This document shows, one piece after another, positions 35,882 to 46,032 of a stretch of 64,000 bases of DNA (positions within the stretch are counted from its first letter, which is position 1; every line of letters starts with the position of its first letter). The translations under genes were made by a program, and so were the position numbers. The notes beneath the pieces were generated by a model. That model was given only the letters and a program-made list of their open reading frames with translations, was not told the DNA's origin and did not search any database. The stretch lies in contig JBBQLD010000001.1 in the NCBI GenBank assembly GCA_038327555.1, positions 5,786 through 69,785 of the forward strand, written 5' to 3'. The stretch comes from Chitinophagales bacterium. GTDB lineage: Bacteria > Bacteroidota > Bacteroidia > Chitinophagales > Saprospiraceae.

Positions 35882-38800
35882 ATGAATCGAGTTTTACTCC
35901 TTTTGCTTTCGGTCCTTACAATCAATCTTTTCGGTAAAGTATTCACGCCGCCTGAATTATTGACCACAAAAACAATCAAACCCCTAACACAGCTTCAAAA
36001 AACTAAGGTTAGCTCGAGCCAATCAAACAGGATTACCCATGCTTCCATGTTAATGGATACGGTACCGCCGATTATTAACTGCCCGGCATCTGATACCGTT
36101 GTACTCGCGCCGCAAGGGGTGTGTGATACGGTGCTGAACTATTCCGTGACGGCAACAGACGATCAAAGTCAGGCCATTGTCATCCAACTTTCGGGACTTT
36201 CGTCGGGAAGTATTTTCCCTGTTGGAACAAGCACTTGTGTATTCTTAGCGACAGATCTATCGAGCAATACCGCGACCTGTTCCTTTTCGCTTACGGTAGA
36301 AGATGGTGCAACAACGATGCTGGTTTGCAACGACTTAGATACCGTGGAATTGGGAATCAATTGTACATATACCCTTTTAGCTCAGGAGATTTTGCTAGGC
36401 GGCCCTTATGGATGTTGGGACAGGTATTTTACAGAAGTGGACAAGACTGCTCCTTTGGGTAATGGTCCCTGGCTTGCTGCGGTATTTAACACAACGGACA
36501 TTGGAAAAACTTACCAAAGTAGGGTTACAGACACCAAAACAGGCAATAGATGCTGGGGAAATGTAAAGATTGTAGACAAAATTCCACCAGTGTTTACCTG
36601 TCAGGATCTGGTAGTTTCTTGCTCGGAATATAACTTAAGCCCAAATTTTTTGAAAGATAGCCTTGGACTTACGGCAGCAATTCCGATAGTAAGCGATGCT
36701 TGCGGACCCATTGATCCTGCTACCTATGTGGATATAATGACCGAAACATTCGATTGCGATACGGTTTTTACAAAAATTATCAGTCGCCGTTGGCAGGCTA
36801 AGGATGCACAAAACAATATCGGAACCTGTATACAACATATCAACCTGTATCGGCATACCCTTGCTGAAATGCAGATCCCGCCAGATGTGACCCTGAACTG
36901 TCCGGATACCACTACAACTCCAAGTGTTACAGGTCTACCCTTTTTGATGTACCAAGGTCGACGCTATGAAACAGTGAACAATTCCATTTGCGATCTCTCT
37001 GCCTTTTATGAAGATTTTCCGCTGAAATTGCCTTGTGGCGATGTACGGGTGCAGCGCTTATGGGAGTTTTTTGATTTTTGTACTGGAGTTACGGATGGGC
37101 CATTTTTGCAAAATATTTATATTTTGGATGAAACAGGCCCAAGTATTGCTTGCCCATCTTCCCTTTTTGTCACATTGAATGCCGATACCTGCCATGGCAT
37201 GGTAAACTTACCTGATGTTGTGTTGGATGATGTTTGTTCCCAAATAGCTACTTTTCAAGCCTTCTGGGAGGTAAATGGGTTAGCTAAAACACTGATTGGT
37301 TCACTAGCTAATTTTGCAGGGAATAATCCGCTGGACTTTGATACCCTCGGTGTGATAGGAATGGCCTTGTTTCCGGTGGGGACAACGACGATTTCGTATG
37401 TAGCCGAGGATAGTTGTGGTAACATTGGCGATTGTACGTTCAACCTCACGGTGGCGGATATGGTGCCGCCCGTAGCGCGGTGCGACACGTTTTCTATACT
37501 TCAGCTTTTAGATGATGGCTCCCTTTCGGTTGCTGCAACGGAGTTTAACAATGGTGCCACGGATGCCTGCTCCCCAGTTACTTTCAAAGCCCGATTTTTA
37601 GAAATTTCAGCTTGTTTGTACGATACCCTCTGGACAGATTCTTTGCGATTTTGCTGTCTAAATCAAGAAGATACACTTGATGCCGTTCTACGAGTTTATG
37701 ATATTCCGACGCCTTTTGGCAATGTCTCGGCAAGTTTTGGGAACGGACATTTCAGTGATTGCGCGATGAAAATTACAGTCAAAGACCAGAACCCACCCAG
37801 CTGCACGGCACCGCAAAACCTGACGGTAAACTGTAATAATTTTGACCCGACACTCGCATCGTATGGAATAATCACGTCAACGTCATGTGCCGTGGATTCG
37901 ATATCAATGGATGTGGATTACACCCAATTTGACACCGCTTGCAATCGCGGTGTAATTACCCGGATTTTCAAAGTGTTCGATGGGACTGGAAATATTGGAG
38001 GTTGCGCCCAGGCAGTGACCGTGAATTACCTGCAAGATTACTACACCAAATTTCCAAATGATGTGATTGCGACTGTCTGTGATGGAACGGGTTTGTATGG
38101 CCAACCGATTTTTTTTGGACAAGACTGTGAGGATTTCGACGTCGATTTTACAGATCAATTATTTACGATAGTCCCAGATGCGTGCTACAAAATTGAACGC
38201 ACCTGGAAAATCACGAATAAGTGTACTTATGATCCTGATAAGCCACTTATCGTTGTCCCGAACCCAAATCCAAACCCAATTACAAATAATATCAACAATT
38301 TGCCCGGCCCGACCGTGTCTGCTTGCAATGCGCCACCGCCCTGGGTCCCAACCAGTGTAAAAATTAATCCCACTGATCCAACGCCGACCGACTATTGTAC
38401 CTTTTGGAGAGATACGGCTAATGGATACGAGTACAAGCAAATCATAAAAATTATTGATATGCAGCCGCCGACAGCAACAATAACAGCGCCTACTTGCGCC
38501 AACCAAAACTGGGCAACCGTTAATAATTCACAGTTTTGGAATGAAAATTATTGGTACAATACGGTTATTGGAGGCAATGACCTTTTTGAGGAACCGACTG
38601 AATTGAGCTTCACGGGTACAGACGCCTGTTCTGGCGCGAATGTCAACATTGAATATTTGCTTTTTTTAGATCTTGATGAAAACGGTAGTATGGAAACCGT
38701 AATAAACTCTGTAACCCTGGGGCTTGCAGGGCTTGGGTGGAATACTGTTCTCTATAACAATTTTAATTCGCCCAATTTTGCAATGGGCACCCTTCGTGCA

Positions 38801-40558
38801 TTTGATGAACGACCAGTGCCGTTCAATCAAAAAATGGGCTTTGCTATCGAAGAAACCATTTCGGGAAACAACAAAACCGCCAGAGTCCGTTGGAACAGTC
38901 AACAGCAGCAGAATACCTATTTTGCACCAGAACTCCCGCACGGAACCCACAAGATCAAGTGGTTCATCACGGATAACTGCGGCAACAATAAAGAATACGA
39001 GAATACTTTCAGTATAAAAGATTGCAAAGTGCCTACGGTGGTTTGCCAGCCCGATTTGAGTGTCAATATACTTCCTGTCGGGTTTAATGTTTTTCACCCC
39101 AGTGACTTTTTGGATTTTTCAGAGGATAATTGTACGCCAGCTGATCAAATTCGGTTTGCCATTCGAAACTGTGGTTTCGGAACAGGCTTTCCTTTGGATG
39201 CCAACGGTAACCCAAATACTTCAATTCTCTATGCCTGTCCAGATACAGGTATGCAATGCGTTGAACTTTGGGCGATTGACAAAACAGGCAATGCCGATAA
39301 GTGTGTGACGAATGTGTTTGTGCAAGATAATTTGGGAAATTGTATTTCAAATCCAACGGGTAGAGTAATCACAGAATTGGGTGTAGGAATTTCAGATGTA
39401 GGCATTAAAATAGGAGATAATTGCTCATTCTGTCCGCCATTTGCACCCTTGATTTTTACAGATAGTCTCGGCTATTATAAGATACCCAATAACCTACCCT
39501 TAAGTTCCGATTTTGACATCATCCCCGAAAAAACAGACAACCCGCTCAATGGCGTAACAACCTTTGATTTAGTTTTGATTTCCAAGCATATACTCGGGGT
39601 TGAGCCCTTGAATTCACCCTATAAAATGGTCTGTGCCGATGCCAATAAATCAGGTAGCGTCACCACATTTGACGTTGTAGAACTGCGCAAACTCATCCTG
39701 GGTATTAATGCCTTTTTGCCTAACAATAAAAGTTGGCGTTTTGTGGATTCCAGTTTTGTTTTCCCAAATCCATTAAATCCGTTCCAGACGGGTTTCCCGG
39801 ATACCATTCAAGTCGATAGTCCTAAACCGTACAACTTCATCGGGATGAAAATCGGTGATGTGAATAATACTTCTGTACCCAACTTCAACGCAACCACAAA
39901 AGAGCGCTTTGCGGGAACCGTTTACTTTGACACCGAAGAAAGGGATGTACAAGTAGGGGAAATCATTGAATTGAAATTCAGTGCGTCCGAACGGCTAGAA
40001 GGTTGCCAGTTTACGCTGGAAACAGATGGCTTGGAAATTCTGGAAATCCTACCCGGAGAGCAAATGAGTAAAGAAAACTTTGCCTTGTTCCCGCAAAAAT
40101 CCCTGCTGACCATGGCTTGGGAAACAGGTGGACAAGCCAATTTTGGCCTGAAGGTAAAAGCACAAAAAACAGGTTCTCTTCGTGAATTACTCCTACTTAG
40201 TAATGAAATAACCCAAGCAGAGGCATACCAATCCATACATCAACCAAGCACTAAACAGCATCTGGCACTTCGATTTGGCAACCCAAGTGCATCCTTCGAG
40301 TTGTTCCAAAACCAGCCCAATCCTTTCGCACAAAAAACCGCCATTACATTCCAACTCCCTGAGCCCAGTTCGGCAGTTCTCACCGTATTTGATGGAAATG
40401 GAAAGCTGCTTTGGTCGAAATCGGGCGATTTCCAGTCCGGGCTGAATACAGTGGAAATTGATTTGGCTGAACTCAGTGTAGCGGGCGTTTTGTATTATAA
40501 ATTAGAAACGCCTACGAAAACCGCGGTACGGAAAATGGTGCGGATTGGGCAGAATTGA
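35882..40558 (+). CDS. large secreted HYR-like repeat protein with dockerin-like and cohesin-like modules and a T9SS C-terminal sorting domain
   Basis: 1558 aa with a signal peptide. Recurrent D-x-x-P-P-x(2-4)-C module starts (DTVPPIINCP, DKIPPVFTCQD, DETGPSIACP, DMVPPVARCD, DQNPPSCTAP, CKVPTVVCQPD). Two dockerin-like segments (NGVTTFDLVLISKHILG and DANKSGSVTTFDVVELRKLILG). CTD is LFQNQPNPFAQKTAITFQLP...GVLYYKLET. Confidence 0.75.
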   Translation: MNRVLLLLLSVLTINLFGKVFTPPELLTTKTIKPLTQLQKTKVSSSQSNRITHASMLMDTVPPIINCPASDTVVLAPQGVCDTVLNYSVTATDDQSQAIVIQLSGLSSGSIFPVGTSTCVFLATDLSSNTATCSFSLTVEDGATTMLVCNDLDTVELGINCTYTLLAQEILLGGPYGCWDRYFTEVDKTAPLGNGPWLAAVFNTTDIGKTYQSRVTDTKTGNRCWGNVKIVDKIPPVFTCQDLVVSCSEYNLSPNFLKDSLGLTAAIPIVSDACGPIDPATYVDIMTETFDCDTVFTKIISRRWQAKDAQNNIGTCIQHINLYRHTLAEMQIPPDVTLNCPDTTTTPSVTGLPFLMYQGRRYETVNNSICDLSAFYEDFPLKLPCGDVRVQRLWEFFDFCTGVTDGPFLQNIYILDETGPSIACPSSLFVTLNADTCHGMVNLPDVVLDDVCSQIATFQAFWEVNGLAKTLIGSLANFAGNNPLDFDTLGVIGMALFPVGTTTISYVAEDSCGNIGDCTFNLTVADMVPPVARCDTFSILQLLDDGSLSVAATEFNNGATDACSPVTFKARFLEISACLYDTLWTDSLRFCCLNQEDTLDAVLRVYDIPTPFGNVSASFGNGHFSDCAMKITVKDQNPPSCTAPQNLTVNCNNFDPTLASYGIITSTSCAVDSISMDVDYTQFDTACNRGVITRIFKVFDGTGNIGGCAQAVTVNYLQDYYTKFPNDVIATVCDGTGLYGQPIFFGQDCEDFDVDFTDQLFTIVPDACYKIERTWKITNKCTYDPDKPLIVVPNPNPNPITNNINNLPGPTVSACNAPPPWVPTSVKINPTDPTPTDYCTFWRDTANGYEYKQIIKIIDMQPPTATITAPTCANQNWATVNNSQFWNENYWYNTVIGGNDLFEEPTELSFTGTDACSGANVNIEYLLFLDLDENGSMETVINSVTLGLAGLGWNTVLYNNFNSPNFAMGTLRAFDERPVPFNQKMGFAIEETISGNNKTARVRWNSQQQQNTYFAPELPHGTHKIKWFITDNCGNNKEYENTFSIKDCKVPTVVCQPDLSVNILPVGFNVFHPSDFLDFSEDNCTPADQIRFAIRNCGFGTGFPLDANGNPNTSILYACPDTGMQCVELWAIDKTGNADKCVTNVFVQDNLGNCISNPTGRVITELGVGISDVGIKIGDNCSFCPPFAPLIFTDSLGYYKIPNNLPLSSDFDIIPEKTDNPLNGVTTFDLVLISKHILGVEPLNSPYKMVCADANKSGSVTTFDVVELRKLILGINAFLPNNKSWRFVDSSFVFPNPLNPFQTGFPDTIQVDSPKPYNFIGMKIGDVNNTSVPNFNATTKERFAGTVYFDTEERDVQVGEIIELKFSASERLEGCQFTLETDGLEILEILPGEQMSKENFALFPQKSLLTMAWETGGQANFGLKVKAQKTGSLRELLLLSNEITQAEAYQSIHQPSTKQHLALRFGNPSASFELFQNQPNPFAQKTAITFQLPEPSSAVLTVFDGNGKLLWSKSGDFQSGLNTVEIDLAELSVAGVLYYKLETPTKTAVRKMVRIGQN

Positions 40559-40563
40559 GTTTC

Positions 40564-40637
40564 GTTTTTAACCACAAAAGGCACAAAAGAACATAAAATA
40601 CCAAATTATGTCCTTTTGTGCTTATTGTGGTTAAAAA
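40564..40637. terminator. bidirectional imperfect hairpin between convergent genes
   Basis: gtttttaaccacaaaaggcacaaaag ... cttttgtgcttattgtggttaaaaac (about 26-bp arms with a small internal mismatch patch). Confidence 0.7.
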
Positions 40638-40643
40638 CAAAAC

Positions 40644-43103
40644 TCATGACTTCAACCGAACTTTCAACAACGTGGCCAAACGTTCAAATTCGGCCTCCCA
40701 TTCCTTATTGACAAAGACCCAAAGCCCTTTTCGCAATCCTTTGGTGAGTAGATAAAATACATTTTGGCTGCGCCAAATGCTTGGTTTTAGCCCTTTTTCT
40801 TGCACAATGGAGAGGACATCGGCGAGCCAGCGTACGCGCGGAAGGGAAGATTCGTCGAGACCGATTTTCTCGATTTCGCGGAATACACGTTCTCCGATTG
40901 CCAAGTTCAGGGTTTCCTCATCCGGGCGTTTGATGTGCCACCTTTCAATATCAGCAGATATTCGGCGCAGGTTACGCGTGTCCAGCACGTCATTTCCCTC
41001 GAAAAAATTAAGCAAATCTGCGTTTAGTACATAGGAAGCAATATTGAGCCAGGTGGATGGCAGAGGAAGTTTTGCCTCCTCGATACCAGTCATAAGTTGG
41101 TAATTATCATTGAATACATCGCGAAAAGTAGCTTCAGCTACCGCAAGGCTTGAATCGGTAATGGTGTTGATAATTTTAATTTTCTCGTCGGCAAAAAGAC
41201 TTGTCAGGGTAAATTTTTCTGGGCCAAAGTATTCTTGCAACGCACCGATTACCTCCCCCATATTCGCGGTACGGAAGGCCTGGCTGGTACGTGCGTACAT
41301 TTCTTCAAACTGAGACCGAAGCATCTCGCCGCTGATGTTGCCGATAATATGTTGCTGTCCAATATACAACACAGCAAAACAGAAGGTCTTTTCGGCGTGG
41401 CTGAGCCGGGAGCGAATACGAAGCCGCCCTGCTGCAAATTGGGGCCTGCCAGCCTCAATTTTTTCAAAAAACTCCACGGCAGACGTGTAATTGAATAAGT
41501 CTAGCTTTTCCGGGTCATCCTCAAACAGTGATGCGACCGCAAAATGCATGGCCACGCGCTCCAATGTAACGCGGGTAGGCACCACATTTCTAAGGAAACT
41601 TTCGGCACCATTGGGGAGTACATTGCTAGGTGCTGCAGCCAATCGACGGGTAAATTCCGGGAGCAAATCTTGCCCACTTACATCGAAGGTGTAATCCATC
41701 GTTCGAAGCGCGTACTGCAAAATCTGATTGGTCTCTATGCCCGATATTTCGTCAAAAAACCACCCGCAACTGGTGTACATCAGTACCGCAAAACGTTGAC
41801 TTTCAAGCAGACGCAGCACGATCACTTTTTCTAAATGGCTGAGTTCGCGCCTTGCGTGTTTTTTCAAAAAAGCTTTCACAGCAGAGTCGGAACGATTGAG
41901 CATCACCTCAATATAATCGTTGCGAGCAGCCCAGGGGTCGCGAAGCAGTCGAGCCCCTTCGCGCTCAAAAATTGGGGCAAGCTGGTCGCGGAGCCAATCA
42001 AGTGTATCGCGTAGTGGTTTTCTCCAGCGTTGATGCCAACCTGGTTTTCCAGAATTACACCCACAATCACTGCGCCAACGTTCAATACCGTGCACACAAC
42101 TCCAGGACGAATTTTCATGGATTTGAACCTCCCATTTTGGCGGATGAAGCTCCAGGAATTGACCGTAGTTGGTGAGGGTAGCAAGGTTATTGTCTGCCAC
42201 ATAATTCAGGCAGTCAGCAAGCGCCATTTCCCCGTACCGATGGTGATGGCCGTAGCTTTCACCATCAGTTGCGATATTGGCTAGCTGCGCTTCATCGTTT
42301 TCATCAAAAATTCCGGTGATTCGCTTCGAAAAAGTCTTTCCACTATTCAAAAGCCCATTGAAAGCAACTTCTTGCGCTATTTTTCCATGGTAAAAAAACA
42401 GAGCAATGCGCCGCCCACTGGGAAGAAGGCACCAATAAGGCTGTCGGGTATCAATACTCTCTTCATCTACATTGTTCCAAGGTAGCGGCGCTACACTAGT
42501 GCCATCAGCGGGTAAAACAGTGCTTGAATTGTCAACTAATTTCCTAATGGCTTTGGCTTGGCGAGGAGCAAGAATGGTGTACTGAATTCCGTGAGAAGCT
42601 AGCACTTCTAGTGTTTCCGTATTAACGGCTGTTTCAGCTAACCAAATACCTTCTGGATAACGGCCAAAACGCCTTTCAAAATCACGAATACCCCAGTTGA
42701 CCTGCGTCACCTTGTCGCGTGCATTGCATAGCGGCATAATTAAGTGACTGTGCACCTGTGCAACCGCGGAACCATGGCCACCAAAGAGTTCCCGACTCCG
42801 CTTATCCGCTCGGAGCAGCATGGAATAGGTATCTGCATCATTTTCTTCCAGCCAGGATAGGAGTGTAGGACCGAAATTCCAGGAGATGCGGTTGTAGTTG
42901 TTGCGGATTTTAACAATCCAACCCTCTGCATCCATGATGCGAGCTGCCGCATTGGGGGCATAGCACTCATGATTGATGCGTGTATTCCAATCGTGGAAAG
43001 GGTGAGCGGATTCTTGTTGTTCTACCGTTTCAAGCCAAGCATTCTCACGGGGGGGCTGGTAAAAGTGCCCGTGGATGCAAACGTATTTGTTTGAGCGCGA
43101 CAT
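40644..43103 (-). CDS. glycoside hydrolase family 57 protein with C-terminal DUF3536-like region
   Basis: 819 aa. The N-terminus VCIHGHFYQPPRENAWL is the GH57 signature. The long C-terminal helical extension is as remembered for GH57-DUF3536 fusions. Confidence 0.75.
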   Translation of the reverse strand: MSRSNKYVCIHGHFYQPPRENAWLETVEQQESAHPFHDWNTRINHECYAPNAAARIMDAEGWIVKIRNNYNRISWNFGPTLLSWLEENDADTYSMLLRADKRSRELFGGHGSAVAQVHSHLIMPLCNARDKVTQVNWGIRDFERRFGRYPEGIWLAETAVNTETLEVLASHGIQYTILAPRQAKAIRKLVDNSSTVLPADGTSVAPLPWNNVDEESIDTRQPYWCLLPSGRRIALFFYHGKIAQEVAFNGLLNSGKTFSKRITGIFDENDEAQLANIATDGESYGHHHRYGEMALADCLNYVADNNLATLTNYGQFLELHPPKWEVQIHENSSWSCVHGIERWRSDCGCNSGKPGWHQRWRKPLRDTLDWLRDQLAPIFEREGARLLRDPWAARNDYIEVMLNRSDSAVKAFLKKHARRELSHLEKVIVLRLLESQRFAVLMYTSCGWFFDEISGIETNQILQYALRTMDYTFDVSGQDLLPEFTRRLAAAPSNVLPNGAESFLRNVVPTRVTLERVAMHFAVASLFEDDPEKLDLFNYTSAVEFFEKIEAGRPQFAAGRLRIRSRLSHAEKTFCFAVLYIGQQHIIGNISGEMLRSQFEEMYARTSQAFRTANMGEVIGALQEYFGPEKFTLTSLFADEKIKIINTITDSSLAVAEATFRDVFNDNYQLMTGIEEAKLPLPSTWLNIASYVLNADLLNFFEGNDVLDTRNLRRISADIERWHIKRPDEETLNLAIGERVFREIEKIGLDESSLPRVRWLADVLSIVQEKGLKPSIWRSQNVFYLLTKGLRKGLWVFVNKEWEAEFERLATLLKVRLKS

Positions 43104-43215
43104 GGGGCGAAGGTAAGACGTTTGTACTTTGGATAAATAGTCTTTCGTTTTCTTAGTTTTTAAGCGGATCTTTTTTCAAAAATCAATCTTTATTGCTTGA
43201 AAGGAAGGATTCGCG

Positions 43216-43905
43216 CTACTTAATTTCTTCTGAGAGTTTTTCTAAGTCTCGAACCAGCAATCTCGAACGATTGAAGGTGAGTAGTTTTTTAAAACGCAGG
43301 TCATTTAGGGTTGTGGTTACGGTTTGACGACTGGTGGCGGTGAAATTGGCAATTTCCTGGTGGGTCACGGGTTTTCGAACCACCCATTCATAGCCAACAC
43401 GTTGCCCTTTTGATCGTGCTATATTGACCAAAAATTCTACAATTCTACTTCTGCTATCCCGAAAAACAAGCGATTCAAGGCGGCGTTCCATTTCCAGTTG
43501 TCGGCCACCAAAGATCTTCATAAAGAACAAGTTAAGTTCTGAACGATCGCGCATTAAGCCCCGCAACTCATCAAGCGTCACCACGCAAGTATCCGTATCT
43601 TCTAGTGCTGTGGCAAAGTCATGTCGATGCTGTTCACCCAGCACGGCCAGCTCACCAAACACTTCACCTCGCCCCAAAATAACTTTGGTAATTTCTTTGC
43701 CGTCCTCATTCATCACCGAGATTTTTACCTGTCCTGCTGTGATAAAAAAAATCCGATCAGAAAGATCCTGTGGTACATAAACGGCTTCGCCTTTTTTAAA
43801 ACTGCAATGGGTATGCTGTGCCATCATTACTTCAGAGCCCAACTTCGTGGGACAAAGCAGGTGGGTTACATCAATGTTTTCTAAATGCCAGAAGGACTGC
43901 ATCAT
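43216..43905 (-). CDS. Crp/Fnr-family transcriptional regulator
   Basis: 229 aa. cNMP-binding beta-roll (FFITAGQVKI...GEVFGELAV) and C-terminal HTH (THQEIANFTATSRQTVTTTLNDL). Confidence 0.85.
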   Translation of the reverse strand: MMQSFWHLENIDVTHLLCPTKLGSEVMMAQHTHCSFKKGEAVYVPQDLSDRIFFITAGQVKISVMNEDGKEITKVILGRGEVFGELAVLGEQHRHDFATALEDTDTCVVTLDELRGLMRDRSELNLFFMKIFGGRQLEMERRLESLVFRDSRSRIVEFLVNIARSKGQRVGYEWVVRKPVTHQEIANFTATSRQTVTTTLNDLRFKKLLTFNRSRLLVRDLEKLSEEIK

Positions 43906-43913
43906 AAAGTAGG

Positions 43914-43970
43914 GCGAAATTTATTTCGACAATATAGGAGGTGGAAGTAATGGAGAAATAAATTTCGGCC
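43914..43970. repeat. two inverted copies of the CGAAAT-WW-ATTTCG palindrome core in the CBS-crp spacer
   Basis: gcgaaatttatttcgac (43914-43930) and gagaaataaatttcggcc (43953-43970). Same core as the 28-bp array at 33967-34211. Confidence 0.8.
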
Positions 43971-44632
43971 TATACGTTCAGATAATGCATCAGCGCATCG
44001 TACCGATCGCGTAAAAGTTCGCTCCGATCCGTTTCGCCAAAAGTTTCTTTTACTTCAAATTCATGGCGTTCGAGCGAAGCCATAGCGCGCGAAAGATCGT
44101 GGCGATCCAGTTTTAAGGTTAGTTCCACTTGCTCTGGATTGGGCAAGGAGGTGACAAATGCACTAAGAATATTTACTTTTTCCTCCTCAAATATGCGCGC
44201 GATGGTAGAAAGCGCATAGTCACGTCTAGGCATTTCCAAAACCAGCACCGCACCATGCTCGGTTAGGGAGGCGGTATGGGCAAAATACCGCAACACGTCA
44301 TTTTGCTGCACCAAGCCAAGATATTTTCCTTCTGCATCAACTACCGGAATTACCGTAAGTCGATGGTCGCCCATAATTTTTATAATCTCAAAAATGTGTT
44401 TGCTCTCATGCACTTGAAACAGCGGCATCACCGAAAAATCATGTTCGCTGAGTGGGCTGGCCAATTTATGGTTGAAAATGTCTTCTTCCGACAGTAAGCC
44501 GACTAGTTTTCCATTATCTACCACAGGCAGATGCTTCACATGATAGTCGTTGAGCATGTGGAATGCTTCGCGCCCCGTTTGTTCAACGGTAAGTGCGGGA
44601 ATGTCATGGGCGATGAGTGTACGAGCAGTCAT
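43970..44632 (-). CDS. CBS-pair domain protein with C-terminal ACT-like region
   Basis: 220 aa with two CBS motifs (HLPVVDNGKLVGLLSEEDI and VIPVVDAEGKYLGLVQQNDV). Confidence 0.75.
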   Translation of the reverse strand: MTARTLIAHDIPALTVEQTGREAFHMLNDYHVKHLPVVDNGKLVGLLSEEDIFNHKLASPLSEHDFSVMPLFQVHESKHIFEIIKIMGDHRLTVIPVVDAEGKYLGLVQQNDVLRYFAHTASLTEHGAVLVLEMPRRDYALSTIARIFEEEKVNILSAFVTSLPNPEQVELTLKLDRHDLSRAMASLERHEFEVKETFGETDRSELLRDRYDALMHYLNV

Positions 44633-44770
44633 GAGTATAGATGCTAAACGATATTCATCGAAGCTTGTTCTGATAAGGGATCAACAAGTTATTGTATCCC
44701 CGTTTGTTAACCGAACTTTGCACGACCCCGCAAATATGGGTGGAATAAATTGTTCTCAAAAAAAATAGTG

Positions 44771-45997
44771 ATGCAAACGCATAAAACCGCCAAACTTCGA
44801 TCTCTTTTTTTTCGTCATGTGGCGCAGACCTCCCCTAGCCCGCTTGCCCTGGAAATTGAGCGCGCAGAGGGTTGTTGGTTGTATGGTTTCCAAGGCCAGC
44901 GTTGGCTAGACCTAATTGCAGGCATTGGACCCAGCGTATTGGGACATCGTCATCCGCAGGTGCAAAATGCGGTGCAACAACAACTTGACAAATATTGGCA
45001 TACCCTCGTGTATGGAGAATTTATTCTTACACCACAAGTGCTACTGGCTCAATTGTTGGCTGAAAACCTACCCAAAGAACTAGATTCGGTTTATTTTACA
45101 AATTCTGGAACGGAGGCTGCTGAAGGCGCCATGAAGCTTGCCAAACGCGCTTCGGGGCGCTCAAAATTTGTGGCTTGTCGAAACGCCTACCATGGCAGTA
45201 CACAGGGCGCGGCGAGTTTGATGTGGCCAAAAGATTTTACAGAAGCATTCCAGCCCTTGCTCCCCGGTATTGAGCACATTGGATTTAATGAAACGTTAGA
45301 ATTGCATCAGATTGACCAACAAACGGCGGCGGTCGTGGTCGAAACCATTCAGGGCGAAGCCGGGGTGATTGCTCCGGATCCAGGCTGGCTTTTAGCACTG
45401 CGCAAACGATGCGATGAGGTAGGGGCACTGTTGATTTTGGACGAAATTCAGGCCGGGATGGGCCGCACAGGGCACCTTTTTGCTTTTGAACAATATGGCA
45501 TCGTGCCGGATATATTATTGCTTGCAAAAGGTTTTGGGGGCGGAATGCCGCTTGGGGCATTTGTAGCTAGCAGGGAGCTCATGCAAAACTTGTCGCACAA
45601 GCCGGTATTGGGACATATTACCACTTTTGGGGGCCATCCGGTGTGTGTTGCGGCTGGGTTAGCTACCTTAAAAATTTTACTCGAAAGCGATTTGTTGGCC
45701 AAAGTGCCTGTAAAAGAGGCCCTTTTTAAAAGCCTGCTCGTTCATCCAGCCATTAAGGAACTCCGCAGCGCAGGACTTTGGCTTGCTGTCGATTTGGGTA
45801 CAGCAGATAAAGTGCAATCTGTGATTCTATATTGCTTGGATCATGGAATTATCACCGATTGGTTTTTGTTTAACGATCATAGTTTGCGCATTGCGCCACC
45901 GCTCACCATTTCCGAAGAAGAAATCAGGTTTGCTTGCAGAGTGATTTTGGAAGGAATTTCACTTTACAAAAACGGAGAACATCCAAATGTCCAATAG
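44771..45997 (+). CDS. class III (acetylornithine/GABA-type) pyridoxal-phosphate aminotransferase
   Basis: ATG at 44771. FTNSGTEAAEGAMKLA, ILDEIQAGMGRTG and LLAKGFGGGMPLGAF (PLP-Lys) motifs. Confidence 0.85.
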   Translation: MQTHKTAKLRSLFFRHVAQTSPSPLALEIERAEGCWLYGFQGQRWLDLIAGIGPSVLGHRHPQVQNAVQQQLDKYWHTLVYGEFILTPQVLLAQLLAENLPKELDSVYFTNSGTEAAEGAMKLAKRASGRSKFVACRNAYHGSTQGAASLMWPKDFTEAFQPLLPGIEHIGFNETLELHQIDQQTAAVVVETIQGEAGVIAPDPGWLLALRKRCDEVGALLILDEIQAGMGRTGHLFAFEQYGIVPDILLLAKGFGGGMPLGAFVASRELMQNLSHKPVLGHITTFGGHPVCVAAGLATLKILLESDLLAKVPVKEALFKSLLVHPAIKELRSAGLWLAVDLGTADKVQSVILYCLDHGIITDWFLFNDHSLRIAPPLTISEEEIRFACRVILEGISLYKNGEHPNVQ

Positions 45998-46032
45998 CCT
46001 GTTATTCACTACATTTGCACATAATTTTAGAC

